Below, piece after piece: positions 11,130 to 20,184 of a stretch of DNA of 64,000 nucleotides. The DNA is taken from positions 1-64,000 of the IMG/VR virus record IMGVR_UViG_3300028177_000001; one strand, given 5' to 3'. How positions within the stretch are numbered: the stretch's first letter is position 1; every line of letters starts with the position of its first letter. Both the position numbers and the translations under genes were made by a program. The notes under the pieces are model-generated. The model saw only the letters and a list, made by a program, of their open reading frames with translations. It was not told where the DNA came from and ran no database searches.

Positions 11130-14100
11130 TCACTCCGAAGCCAGAAGAAGGATGCCACGGGTGCGGTAGACAGCTGCGCAAGTGTCGTTGCTCGTATCTA
11201 CGAACCGCACCGTGTTGTCGGCGTCCAGAATAGCGAAGCGGCTCACCACTACCAGGAGGACCTCATCCTTTCGGTACAGGACAGTGTCCGCAGAAGCGCG
11301 AGCCAGGAAGGGGAACCACACCTTGTGCGCGGACACTCCCGAGAGAGGCTGGGCCATCGCCGTGGGGCGATACGTGCTCGTGTCCGACACCTTGTATGCG
11401 ACCCGAAACTCTGAATCCACGTCCAGGCTTGAGAAGGCGAAGTCCTGGTTTCCATGAGCCGGAACCATCTGGTGCAAACTCAACAGGCCAGTAGCGGCGG
11501 AGAAGTCCCCGACTGAAATCCGGGCGCTTCCTGCAATGACCCATTCGGCTGTGAAGGGTGAAGTGCTCAGGTCGCCGTTCACGGCAATCTGATCCAGAGG
11601 GTTGGTGTACGGGAAGGGTGCGTCCACGCTTCCCGCGCTCATGGTACCGGTCCAGAGCTCCCTGGACATCACCAAGGGCTTGACGGTCAAAGTCGAGGGC
11701 AGCGGCACTGTGCCGGGGGCTCCCGCTTGCACACCCAGAGTCTGCGGGGCGTCGGTGCGGTAGTAGCAGGCAATCTGGTAACCCACTGCACCCCAGTTGG
11801 GCAAGGGGTCCTGAGCGAAGTAGTCAATGCTCACCAGGGTCTGACCCGCTCCGGAGAACGGAGACCCACCCTGCACCACCAGCAACCTCTGACTGGACCC
11901 GTAGGTCGTAGCAGCGGTGTTCACTGGGCGAGTAAGCGTGCTCACTGTATCGGTGACCGTCACTGTGGTAGTCGCCGACCCGTAGATGCGTCGAGGGAGA
12001 GTCACCAGCAAAGGAGAGTCACTCACCACAGTTTCGGTGATGGGAGTGCCCGAACCCGCACCAGAACCATCATTGGCGGCATACTCCACGCCGAGCTCTC
12101 GGAATCCAGTTCGGATCTGAGGCTGGAGCAAAACCTCCCAGTCGTCCGGTCGCTGTGCTGTGTCGTTTTCGAGCACGGGTCCGTTCCCGTACACTGCTGC
12201 AGCCGGGACTACCTCCACGCTCGGAGTGTCTGTGGTGCCCGACCCCGCAGGGTAGGTGATCTCGAGCTCGATGAAGATGCGTCGGGGAGAGTTGTTGTCC
12301 CCAGCGGCAGCCACTCCCACCAGGTCATAGGCAGCGACAGAGATGCCCCCGGTGGCCTGGACGTTGTTTCGCCCGAGAGTGATCTCTACAAGAGGGGTGC
12401 CAATCCCCTCCACCTTGTCGATCTGGCACGTCTTGCTCACGGATCCGGAGTAGTTGCCGTCGTCGTGGATGACGCGCAGGACATCTGTCACCTTGGTGCC
12501 CAGAGGCCACAAGTTCGAGACCCCGCCCCCGCCCGTGGGCGTGCCGGAGGGAGCGTTGGCCCATCCTCCGAGACCGGTGGCATCCAGAGCGTCCAGGTCA
12601 ATGCTGATGACATCCCCGGCTTCCCAGGTGGTGTAGCCTCCGGTGGACTTGGTCACGTACTTGCCAGGCTGCGCGCCGATCAAGTCCGTGGGCAGGATGG
12701 GGAAGATGCGCCGTTCGACCACAGGCCAGTCAGCGAACCGACGACGAACGTGATCGAAGTCGCCGATCTGGTCCCCTCGGTTCGTAGACCCGCTGGTGGG
12801 CGGCGTGCCCCCCTTGGACCCGGACCGGCCGATCTCATTACAGACCAGGAACTGGGTTCCCACGTCTCCGGTTCCGCCGCCGAGCTGGTTCTTGTCTGAT
12901 GCGTCAAGAGCCCAGGTGGCGAAGTTCCCGTCCATGAGCGCGGTCATCTGACGCTCAAGCTCGGCCTTCATGTCGATTCCGCCGGGAGACACCTGACGCC
13001 GAAGGTCCAGAAGATCCGCCACGAGGATCTGGTCGTGGTATCGTCCGTCCGGTCGGTCGGAGGTATTCGCCGGGATCGCTCCGACCAGAGGGTTAGTGAA
13101 CCCCCCGTGGGTCTGCGGAAGTGCGCCGTTGGTGTTGGTCAGAGGACTCCAGCCCGCGCCAGCGCCGCTGTTGTACGAGTCGTTGCGACGGAAAGCGAAG
13201 GCAATCGGGATGGCGTAGACGTAGCCGTCCACTGTGCCCAGGGCCGTTGCCGCCGTGGAGCTCCCGTCTCCTGCAATCCAGAGCCCGGCGTCTACCGTGT
13301 CGTATGCCACCGCGCTGGAGTTGCTTAGAACCGTCGCGCCGTCCGCCTTTACAAAGGGGTAGCCTGCCACAGCAGCGCTCTGCACTCCCTGAGCAGTGAC
13401 GTTCGAGTTGGAGAACCCGTCTTGCGTCTTGAAGTTCACCGCCTCCGACTGGCCCGTGGTGCGAATCCGATACTGGACCTGGACCCGCTTGGTGGACTCC
13501 GTGCCGATGGTGGGGTCCGCGATGTCGTCGGCGAGGTTCACTCCGGCAGGGGCTTGCACGTTTCCGTGGCGGTACAGTGTTGCCTGGGTCGGCTTGTTCC
13601 CTGTGTCCGAACCTCCCGAGAAGGTAGTCGGCCCTGCGCCCCCGTTGACCTGGATGCAACCACCCGTGCCCAGAGTGAGGGTCAGCGTGATTGCGTTGCC
13701 CGCGACCCCGGCCAGGGCGTCCGCAGCCTTGAGGTTCACCAGCGCGGAGTTCGAAACATCCACGGCAGCGGTGCAGATGCTCGTGAAGCTGTTGGTGCCC
13801 AGGTTGATGGCCGCCGCGATAGCAGCGGCGGTCGCATTGCCGTTCGCCCCGATCACGAACTCATCGGCTACAGCCGGTCCTGGAGAGACAGCCGTGAGGG
13901 GAGTGCCGTTGATGGTGATGATGTCGCCGGCAGTCACGTTTGCGTTCGTGATTATCTCAGTGGTGGCAGAAGCCCTGGGGCTGGTAGACACTACGCAACG
14001 CCAGACCTCGAGAAAGACGAAGTCGGTCCGCTTGACGTCGGGAGGGGATCCCCCGAACACTGGAGCCGCGTCGAGAGTGATGTCGCACTGCCCAGCGGTA

Positions 14101-14417
14101 GTAGTCGAGGTGTACTCGACCACCACGGGCATGTTCGAAACCAGAGCCACCCGCTTCTTCATCACGAAGGTGTTGACGGTAGCCGAAGCAGAGAAGTCGT
14201 TGTTCACCAGGGGGATCTGTCCCCTGAGCCACCCCGAGGGGAGCTGGTGGTCCTGGATCAGACGACGGATCTCTTTGCTGACCTCTTGCGAAAGGTTCAG
14301 CTCAGAGTCAAGGACAGGCTTCCCGCTTTGATAGACCGCCTCGTCCCACGAACGCTCGCCGGGAACGAGGTATCGCGAGACTGCCGTCCCCGGGAAATAC
14401 TTGTCTCGGATGGCCAT
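11130..14417 (-). CDS. large virion structural protein (DUF4815-like), paralogue of 1195..6561
   Basis: AVYQSGKPVLDSELN N-terminus; shared blocks FLEVW, DDIxDPxIG, RVQxQYRxR, TVDGYxYAIP, RPDGxxxDQI. Confidence 0.75.
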   Translation of the reverse strand: MAIRDKYFPGTAVSRYLVPGERSWDEAVYQSGKPVLDSELNLSQEVSKEIRRLIQDHQLPSGWLRGQIPLVNNDFSASATVNTFVMKKRVALVSNMPVVVEYTSTTTAGQCDITLDAAPVFGGSPPDVKRTDFVFLEVWRCVVSTSPRASATTEIITNANVTAGDIITINGTPLTAVSPGPAVADEFVIGANGNATAAAIAAAINLGTNSFTSICTAAVDVSNSALVNLKAADALAGVAGNAITLTLTLGTGGCIQVNGGAGPTTFSGGSDTGNKPTQATLYRHGNVQAPAGVNLADDIADPTIGTESTKRVQVQYRIRTTGQSEAVNFKTQDGFSNSNVTAQGVQSAAVAGYPFVKADGATVLSNSSAVAYDTVDAGLWIAGDGSSTAATALGTVDGYVYAIPIAFAFRRNDSYNSGAGAGWSPLTNTNGALPQTHGGFTNPLVGAIPANTSDRPDGRYHDQILVADLLDLRRQVSPGGIDMKAELERQMTALMDGNFATWALDASDKNQLGGGTGDVGTQFLVCNEIGRSGSKGGTPPTSGSTNRGDQIGDFDHVRRRFADWPVVERRIFPILPTDLIGAQPGKYVTKSTGGYTTWEAGDVISIDLDALDATGLGGWANAPSGTPTGGGGVSNLWPLGTKVTDVLRVIHDDGNYSGSVSKTCQIDKVEGIGTPLVEITLGRNNVQATGGISVAAYDLVGVAAAGDNNSPRRIFIELEITYPAGSGTTDTPSVEVVPAAAVYGNGPVLENDTAQRPDDWEVLLQPQIRTGFRELGVEYAANDGSGAGSGTPITETVVSDSPLLVTLPRRIYGSATTTVTVTDTVSTLTRPVNTAATTYGSSQRLLVVQGGSPFSGAGQTLVSIDYFAQDPLPNWGAVGYQIACYYRTDAPQTLGVQAGAPGTVPLPSTLTVKPLVMSRELWTGTMSAGSVDAPFPYTNPLDQIAVNGDLSTSPFTAEWVIAGSARISVGDFSAATGLLSLHQMVPAHGNQDFAFSSLDVDSEFRVAYKVSDTSTYRPTAMAQPLSGVSAHKVWFPFLARASADTVLYRKDEVLLVVVSRFAILDADNTVRFVDTSNDTCAAVYRTRGILLLASE

Positions 14418-14458
14418 CTACGTCTCCACTGCCTCAGCGTTGCTCAACGCGGTCAGCG

Positions 14459-14641
14459 TCATAGTCGTACCCGACGTCCCACGCGGAGTCGCTGGTGGGC
14501 AGGAGTCCGCTGAACATCAGCTGGCCCTTTCGAGGCTTCGGTGGATAGGGAGTGCACCGGGGACGTGCCCGGTCTCGGGGTCTTCTGGGGTGTTGAACGA
14601 GCAACCTGGGGTCGGGCCTTCTTTCTGCATGAGCATCCCAT
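14459..14641 (-). CDS. small basic protein starting MGCSCRKK
   Basis: GGAGG RBS 4 nt before ATG; first gene after the late-type motif at 14665-14679. Confidence 0.5.
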   Translation of the reverse strand: MGCSCRKKARPQVARSTPQKTPRPGTSPVHSLSTEASKGPADVQRTPAHQRLRVGRRVRL

Positions 14642-14664
14642 CTAACCTCCGCACCCTCGTGCAC

Positions 14665-14679
14665 ATAGCTGATCTACCG
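14665..14679 (-). promoter_or_regulatory. putative late promoter CGGTAG-N5-CTAT
   Basis: Exact consensus match heading the structural operon. Confidence 0.65.
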
Positions 14680-14680
14680 G

Positions 14681-14710
14681 AGGGGTTCCCGGAACTTCCG
14701 ACCGACGTAA
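14681..14710 (+). promoter_or_regulatory. putative early/middle promoter GGTTCCC-N13-GACGTAA
   Basis: aggggttccc-N13-gacgtaa, 16 nt upstream of the 14727 ATG. Confidence 0.65.
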
Positions 14711-14726
14711 GGTAGGTGAGGGAACT

Positions 14727-15731
14727 ATGTCCGTCACGTGGGTCAAGCTTGTTGCAGGTGTGGAGGGTGCTCCAGATACCTGGGTGGACGACGGGGAAAC
14801 CCACGTCGGCCTGGTGATGGGCCTCCCGTACACCCGCGAGCAACGCGTGATGTCTGACGTCTGGGCCAGGGTGACGCTGGTCAACGTCTGGAACCCAGAA
14901 ACTGAAAAGCCTGAGCCTCTCGCGCTGCACTACGGGTTCGAGCTCAACAGTCGCACCGGCACCTCGACTATCGACATCGACCCGAAGATCCAGGCAGCGT
15001 GGGACCTGAAGCAAGCGGAGGCTGCTGAGGCAGCCCGCATCGCAGCAGAAAGGTTCGCGGAAGAGGAGGCAGAACGCCTCGCTGAAGCCGACCTCAAGAA
15101 GATTTCAAAGGGCATCCGAGTGGTCGTAGTCCGGGGGCGCAAAGTCCCCAAGGGGACCCAGGGAGTAGTGATTTGGGAGGGCCCTGGCGACTGGGGGCCT
15201 CGGGTAGGGATCAAGGATGGCCAGGGCCCTCCCCACTGGCTGGATACATCCTATGTGGAGGCTGTAGTCCCCGGCGTGCTGCCTGGCGAAACCCCCGAGG
15301 GCGGGTGGCGCGCTCTTCGGGAAAAGATCCGCGCCGAAGAAAACGAGTGGAAGAGCACCTTCCCTAAGAAGGACGACTGGGTCCGCATCCTGGAATCCGG
15401 GATTGAGGGCAAGGTCTTCTGGGCTCAGGATGAGCGCATCGGGTTGAACCGCCGAGGCGCAGAGAGTTCCGAGGACGCGATCTGGGTGAACGTCTGGGAA
15501 GTCGAAATCCTGGACAAAGACGGCAATGTGGTGGGCCAGGCATCCCGCGAGAACCCGCGTCGCGGCGCGGCCCACCCCCTGGAGCACATGGCCCACCCCC
15601 TGTGTGACATCCGAACGGTCTCGAAAGACCCGGACGGTGACTGGGCTGCTTTCTCTGACGCAGGAACCCTGATTTTGAAGCTCTCCCCGGAGGGAGCCTC
15701 CCAACTACAGAAGCTTCTGGGGCAAACGTGA
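14727..15731 (+). CDS. hypothetical protein (SH3/KOW-like beta segments)
   Basis: 334-aa ORF, GAGG RBS, segment RVVVVRGRKVPKGTQGVVIWEG; overlaps the next gene by 4 nt. Confidence 0.75.
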   Translation: MSVTWVKLVAGVEGAPDTWVDDGETHVGLVMGLPYTREQRVMSDVWARVTLVNVWNPETEKPEPLALHYGFELNSRTGTSTIDIDPKIQAAWDLKQAEAAEAARIAAERFAEEEAERLAEADLKKISKGIRVVVVRGRKVPKGTQGVVIWEGPGDWGPRVGIKDGQGPPHWLDTSYVEAVVPGVLPGETPEGGWRALREKIRAEENEWKSTFPKKDDWVRILESGIEGKVFWAQDERIGLNRRGAESSEDAIWVNVWEVEILDKDGNVVGQASRENPRRGAAHPLEHMAHPLCDIRTVSKDPDGDWAAFSDAGTLILKLSPEGASQLQKLLGQT

Positions 15732-16927
15732 ACAACATACCTCTGTGCCCCTTCTGCGACAGCGGCAACTACACCTCCCAAGGCGGGACCTACGGGGGCG
15801 CGTTCAGCCAGTCCTCGTACAAGTGTGAAGGGTGCAACTGCCTCGTACAGGGCCTCTCCCAGCGGGCGGGTCGCATCTACGGCTTCATCCAACGAGCCGG
15901 TCTGAAGACCAGAGGCGTGGGCAAGGAGAAGATCTGGCTGTTCCCCGAATCCTGGGTCGACTGGGTCAACAAGAGTCTGGTCGTTGCCTGGGCGGATCGC
16001 GAATCTCGCATCAAGGCGCACGAGGACGCGGAATGGGCCCAATGGCTTGCGGAGGTCTTCTACGTTCGGTTCCCTGAGATGAAGGGCTGGGAACACCCCG
16101 ACCGTCCGGGTCACTCTGCCTTTACCGACACGACCATCAGCTACTACGACAGCCCCCCCGAGGCGCAAGCGTTGCTGGACGACTTCTTCGGAGGCCCGAA
16201 CACTGTCCGGCGAACGGGGACCTATGTCCCCTTCCCGAAGGAACTCGCCACCCCCCTGTACCCGCCCGGTCTGCCGAACATCCCTGGCGTCTTGGTCACC
16301 TACCTCAACGGGGATGTCTGGGAACAAGTCGACCCCGATTTCTCCCAGACCCTTCCGGTGCCTGAGCACCCTGCAGTAGTCTCAGATCGGGACTTCTTCC
16401 GGGAAGTGTGGTGGGGCGTCGAAGCGGAGCTTGGAGAGCCCCTCCCAGACCCGGAGGATGTTGAGAACCAGTACCGTGGGCGAGCCCCGTGGCACCAGTT
16501 CACCTACCACGGCGCAATGTTCACCGTGGGGTGGCGGAGGCGGGTTGTCTCCATCCGGGTGGAGTTCCCGAACCTGGTCCCCACGGGCGACATCCGAGAG
16601 AAGGCATTCGTAGACAAGACCACCTACGAAGCCCACGGACCGTTCACGACCCGGACCATTGACGAATACTTGACCTCCTTCAAAGACGAAAGCCCCGAGC
16701 TTCTGGAACACGTCAGGGAAGGTCTGGTGAGGCAGCACCCAGACGGTCTCATCCGAGAACGGGAGGGAGGCTACCACGACTGGCGCGACGAGGCCGAAGT
16801 CATCCTGATCCACGCCTGGGGTAAGGCGAAGTGTATTGAGTACCTGGCGAGCTTGTGCTCTATGGCTCGAGACAGCCAGGCCGCGCCCGTAGCCCAGGCC
16901 GCGCCCGAGACGGCAGCGAGCCTGTAG
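15728..16927 (+). CDS. hypothetical protein with N-terminal zinc ribbon
   Basis: CPFC...CEGC at the N-terminus; GTGA overlap with the upstream gene. Confidence 0.75.
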   Translation: MNNIPLCPFCDSGNYTSQGGTYGGAFSQSSYKCEGCNCLVQGLSQRAGRIYGFIQRAGLKTRGVGKEKIWLFPESWVDWVNKSLVVAWADRESRIKAHEDAEWAQWLAEVFYVRFPEMKGWEHPDRPGHSAFTDTTISYYDSPPEAQALLDDFFGGPNTVRRTGTYVPFPKELATPLYPPGLPNIPGVLVTYLNGDVWEQVDPDFSQTLPVPEHPAVVSDRDFFREVWWGVEAELGEPLPDPEDVENQYRGRAPWHQFTYHGAMFTVGWRRRVVSIRVEFPNLVPTGDIREKAFVDKTTYEAHGPFTTRTIDEYLTSFKDESPELLEHVREGLVRQHPDGLIREREGGYHDWRDEAEVILIHAWGKAKCIEYLASLCSMARDSQAAPVAQAAPETAASL

Positions 16928-16933
16928 CGAAGG

Positions 16934-18160
16934 CTACTCCTGCCCCAGGTGGTCCCGGCCTGCCTGCCATGCTTCGTGCAAGCCCTCGACAGTGCGGGGA
17001 AACTCCACCTTAGTGAGGATCCCCTTGCCTCGGACCCACGGCTCAAGCCGGATGGGGCCCGCGACCACCCCCCAGCTGAGGGTCACTGAGCGATCAGAGG
17101 ACTTGTCTGGGTCATACTCCTGGCCTGAGACCCGGAAGGAAGCAGGGTTCGGATCCCCGTCCCACCTCATGACCATCGAGGGGTAGCTGAACCGCACCAG
17201 CCGGGAGATAGCGTCCCCGCCCAGCATGACCACCAGGTGCTGGAACACCGGGCACTCCTTCATCCACAGGAGTCTCTGCGCCTTGGACTTCGCCTGGTAT
17301 TCGGCGTACCGCTTCTCTGCGGCCAGCTGGAACTCTGACTTGATCTCCCCGACCAGAACCAGCGTCCCGTTCTCGTTCTTGAAGCGGATCTCGTGGTCGG
17401 TGATCTGCTCCCACTTCTCGGGAGCGTCCTCCTGGTCAGGGAAGGCAGCGTCATGGGCCTCATACGCGGCTCGAGCTGCGGCGATGTCGTCCTCCGGTCT
17501 CTTCTGGTGCTTGAGCCTGCTTACCTCGGTGAGCAGTCGGCTCTCCTTGAGCTCCCGCTCAGAGTGCCTCAACCCAGACTCCTTCCAGAGCCAGTCGTGG
17601 GACCGCCAGACGAGCATCCCATCTTCCCAGTGGAGGGAGGTCCGGTCTGAGGTGTCCAGACCACCGACCTCTTCCGGGAGGCCCAGCTCAGGCCAGCCCT
17701 TCTCGATCGGATCGGACACGTCGAAGAACTTGTACTCGTACGGGCAAGCCCAGTAGCAGCCCTCCACCTTCAGGGTGACCCCGTCCGGCATGAGCTCATA
17801 GTCCGCCCAGCAGAAACCGAAGCCCTTGGCCGCCTCGTCCGGTAGGAAATCCCTCCGACGAGCAGTGTCCAGTTCGATGAAGGTCTGGCCCTGGTAGTCT
17901 TCCCCGCACAGAAGGTAGTCGTGCCCCGAGGGGTGGTCCTCGACCCAGAGGAAGGGGAAGCCGCTGTAGTTCCTCTTCACGTCAGCGAGTGCCGCTCCGG
18001 TCTCTGCGTGTGAGACCCGGCCCCTGGTGTAGGACCAGCTCCCCTTCTCCGTGGTGTACGAGTCCACCGTGAGGATGTAGGTGCCACACGGGGAGGTGTG
18101 CACGCTTCTGCGCTCGTGTACGCGGTTCTCTTCGATGTAGTAGTCGGTCGGTTCAGACAT
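16934..18160 (-). CDS. hypothetical protein
   Basis: 408-aa ORF, GGAGA RBS, overlaps the preceding minus-strand gene. Confidence 0.75.
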   Translation of the reverse strand: MSEPTDYYIEENRVHERRSVHTSPCGTYILTVDSYTTEKGSWSYTRGRVSHAETGAALADVKRNYSGFPFLWVEDHPSGHDYLLCGEDYQGQTFIELDTARRRDFLPDEAAKGFGFCWADYELMPDGVTLKVEGCYWACPYEYKFFDVSDPIEKGWPELGLPEEVGGLDTSDRTSLHWEDGMLVWRSHDWLWKESGLRHSERELKESRLLTEVSRLKHQKRPEDDIAAARAAYEAHDAAFPDQEDAPEKWEQITDHEIRFKNENGTLVLVGEIKSEFQLAAEKRYAEYQAKSKAQRLLWMKECPVFQHLVVMLGGDAISRLVRFSYPSMVMRWDGDPNPASFRVSGQEYDPDKSSDRSVTLSWGVVAGPIRLEPWVRGKGILTKVEFPRTVEGLHEAWQAGRDHLGQE

Positions 18161-18587
18161 CGGTCTTCTCCCAGGGAGGTGTGGGCTTGGGGTTCTTACC
18201 CTCCCATCCCTTCATGCGGTCCCCCATGTTCTTGTTGAAGAGGCTTCTACCCCACTCCTGGAGTCGGTCCAGGATTCCCTGGCTGGTCTCGGCCCCCACC
18301 CCACGACGGGCCTGGTGCCATGCCTCCAGGTTCTCGCGCCACTCCCAGACCTGCTGAGCGTGGGTCGGGCAGAACGCCCTGTAGAACCTCTGGTGTCGGG
18401 GCGCGGGGTGGCTGTAGAAGTACCAGCCCTCCCGAGAACGCTCCCTGCTGTAGGTGTCGCCGATCAGACAGGGCGTCGTCGGGTCGTCCTGAGGCTCCTT
18501 GATCGGACCCCAGACCTCGAGGTGGTCTTCGCAACCCTCCTCGGCGCACTGGACTCGCCAGCCCCACTGGATGTTTGACTGGCTCAC
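18153..18587 (-). CDS. hypothetical protein (Cys/His metal-binding residues)
   Basis: 144-aa ORF in an overlapping operon; CAEEGC and CPTH. Confidence 0.7.
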   Translation of the reverse strand: MSQSNIQWGWRVQCAEEGCEDHLEVWGPIKEPQDDPTTPCLIGDTYSRERSREGWYFYSHPAPRHQRFYRAFCPTHAQQVWEWRENLEAWHQARRGVGAETSQGILDRLQEWGRSLFNKNMGDRMKGWEGKNPKPTPPWEKTDV

Positions 18588-19015
18588 GAGTCACCTCCGT
18601 ACTTCCGGCTGAGCTTACGCAGCTGCTCGCGCTCCTGCTTCTCGCGGTAGGCTGCCTGGCGCTCGGCCTCCTTCTTCTCTCGAATGGCCTCCTGCTTCTT
18701 CTCCTCCTCGGCCTTCAGGCGCATGTCCTCGAGGATGGCGCTCTGATCGAGCCAGAGGTAGCTGAGGGGAATGGAGAAGGTGTGCCTGTCGTAGCCACAG
18801 CAACCCCGACCACAGGCTCGGGCCTCGGCCACGATCTCGATGGTCTCGGTGTCCGCGTCGATGTCGAGGGACTCGATGTAGGGGTTGTAGCTGAAGTGCT
18901 CCTGCCACTCCGGATCCACGTCGTACCGCTCCCGCCAGTAGGTCCGGGCCAGCTCGTCGAGATCGTGAGCGGCTCGCGCCATGCGGAGGATCTCCTCCTG
19001 CGTGGGGGTACTCAT
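18584..19015 (-). CDS. hypothetical protein with C-terminal coiled coil
   Basis: 143-aa ORF, ATGA overlap; CGRGCC motif and E/K/R-rich tail. Confidence 0.7.
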   Translation of the reverse strand: MSTPTQEEILRMARAAHDLDELARTYWRERYDVDPEWQEHFSYNPYIESLDIDADTETIEIVAEARACGRGCCGYDRHTFSIPLSYLWLDQSAILEDMRLKAEEEKKQEAIREKKEAERQAAYREKQEREQLRKLSRKYGGDS

Positions 19016-19389
19016 GCTGCCATCCTCATGTTGCAGGCCGAGGCCTCTTCCTGGGGGAGGATCCAGAACTCCGCGATGGAGCGAGCCCCCTCCAGGGAGA
19101 ACAGCTCAGCCTGCTCAGCGGAATAACACACGCGGAGCACCCGCCCGACGGAGCCCTGCTCGGCCACGATGGCATAGATGCCCGAGGCAGACTCCTGTCC
19201 CGGCTGGAGGGTGTCTCCAGTGCGGAACTTGAAGCGCTCAATGCGCCCAGTCCCCCCGAGCCCCTTCTGATTCACCCAGTCCAGGACCGAGCGAGAGAAG
19301 GAGAAGCGGGCGAGCTTGCCGTCGGGGCGGATGAGGCCCCAGATGCGGTCGGAGGCGCAACCCCCGCTGGAACAACTACGCTGCGACAC
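19012..19389 (-). CDS. hypothetical protein
   Basis: Start reassigned to the GTG at 19389 after GGAGG; the longer ORF-track start overlaps the true upstream gene. Confidence 0.55.
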   Translation of the reverse strand: MSQRSCSSGGCASDRIWGLIRPDGKLARFSFSRSVLDWVNQKGLGGTGRIERFKFRTGDTLQPGQESASGIYAIVAEQGSVGRVLRVCYSAEQAELFSLEGARSIAEFWILPQEEASACNMRMAA

Positions 19390-19876
19390 GGCGCACCTCC
19401 TTGCCCTTGCGCCAGGCTTCGAGCTGAGAGGCGTCACCACCGAACCGCTTGATGATCTTCTCGATCTCCTTCCAGTCGGGCGCGTTGTCGGGGCGGTGCT
19501 TCGCCTCGATCTTCTTGCACGGGGTGCCGCGCAGGTAGCCGTAAGCCAGGAGGCAAGACCGAGTGTGCGAACGGACGTCGACGCGACGGTGGGAAGCCAG
19601 CTCGAGCCGGTCCTGGTGAGCCTGGTTTGCCTTGTCCGAGTCGGCGTGGTTCTTCGCACGGAGGCGAAGCTTCGCGGCTTCGTCGAGGGCAGCCTGCTTC
19701 TCCGCGTCATCGTCCGACCAGCGGGCGAACCGCTCGAGGGAGTCGGCGCGGCGCGTCATCTTCTCGGCGGAGGCGTAGAACTCGCGGCTCTTCGCCTTCC
19801 GCTCTTCACGGCGGATGTGGCGAGCCTCGTCGGCGAGGGTGTGGATCTTGATCTTGAGGTGGGTAGCACGGGACAT
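19376..19876 (-). CDS. conserved-looking phage hypothetical protein (basic, helical)
   Basis: AGGAG RBS; LKIKIHTLADEARHIRREE N-terminus. Confidence 0.7.
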   Translation of the reverse strand: MSRATHLKIKIHTLADEARHIRREERKAKSREFYASAEKMTRRADSLERFARWSDDDAEKQAALDEAAKLRLRAKNHADSDKANQAHQDRLELASHRRVDVRSHTRSCLLAYGYLRGTPCKKIEAKHRPDNAPDWKEIEKIIKRFGGDASQLEAWRKGKEVRRVAA

Positions 19877-20065
19877 GGGATTCTCCTGAATGGTTGGTGA
19901 GTGTCTTTCGTTCGACAGTCACCGCCCAGGAGGGCCGCGTGCTCGGGGGGTGCAAGGCGCAAGGGGCCTGACCCTATCTTATGGTGCTCCAGATCAGCAT
20001 CGTCATGCCTACGTTGTTGAGAGAGTATACCCGAATGAAGTTTCGCCTACCCCCTCGGGAAAAGA

Positions 20066-20142
20066 TGGCAGTCCCGACCAGACTTGAACTGGCGACCCGG
20101 GATGTATAACCACCCCTGCTCTACCAACTGAGCTACAGGACC
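20066..20142 (-). tRNA. tRNA-like gene with atypical 8-nt anticodon loop (identity undetermined)
   Basis: GGTCCTG/CGGGACT acceptor stem, GCTC-AGTTGGTA-GAGC D arm, GGGGT-GGTTATAC-ATCCC anticodon arm, GCCAG-TTCAAGT-CTGGT T arm, discriminator G, encoded CCA; 77 nt. Confidence 0.8.
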
Positions 20143-20155
20143 TTATTCGTACATC

Positions 20156-20184
20156 TTACGTCGAAAGGTTCCCACGGGAACCCC
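20156..20184 (-). promoter_or_regulatory. putative early/middle promoter GGTTCCC-N13-GACGTAA driving the tRNA
   Basis: Exact consensus match ending 13 nt before the tRNA 5' end. Confidence 0.65.
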
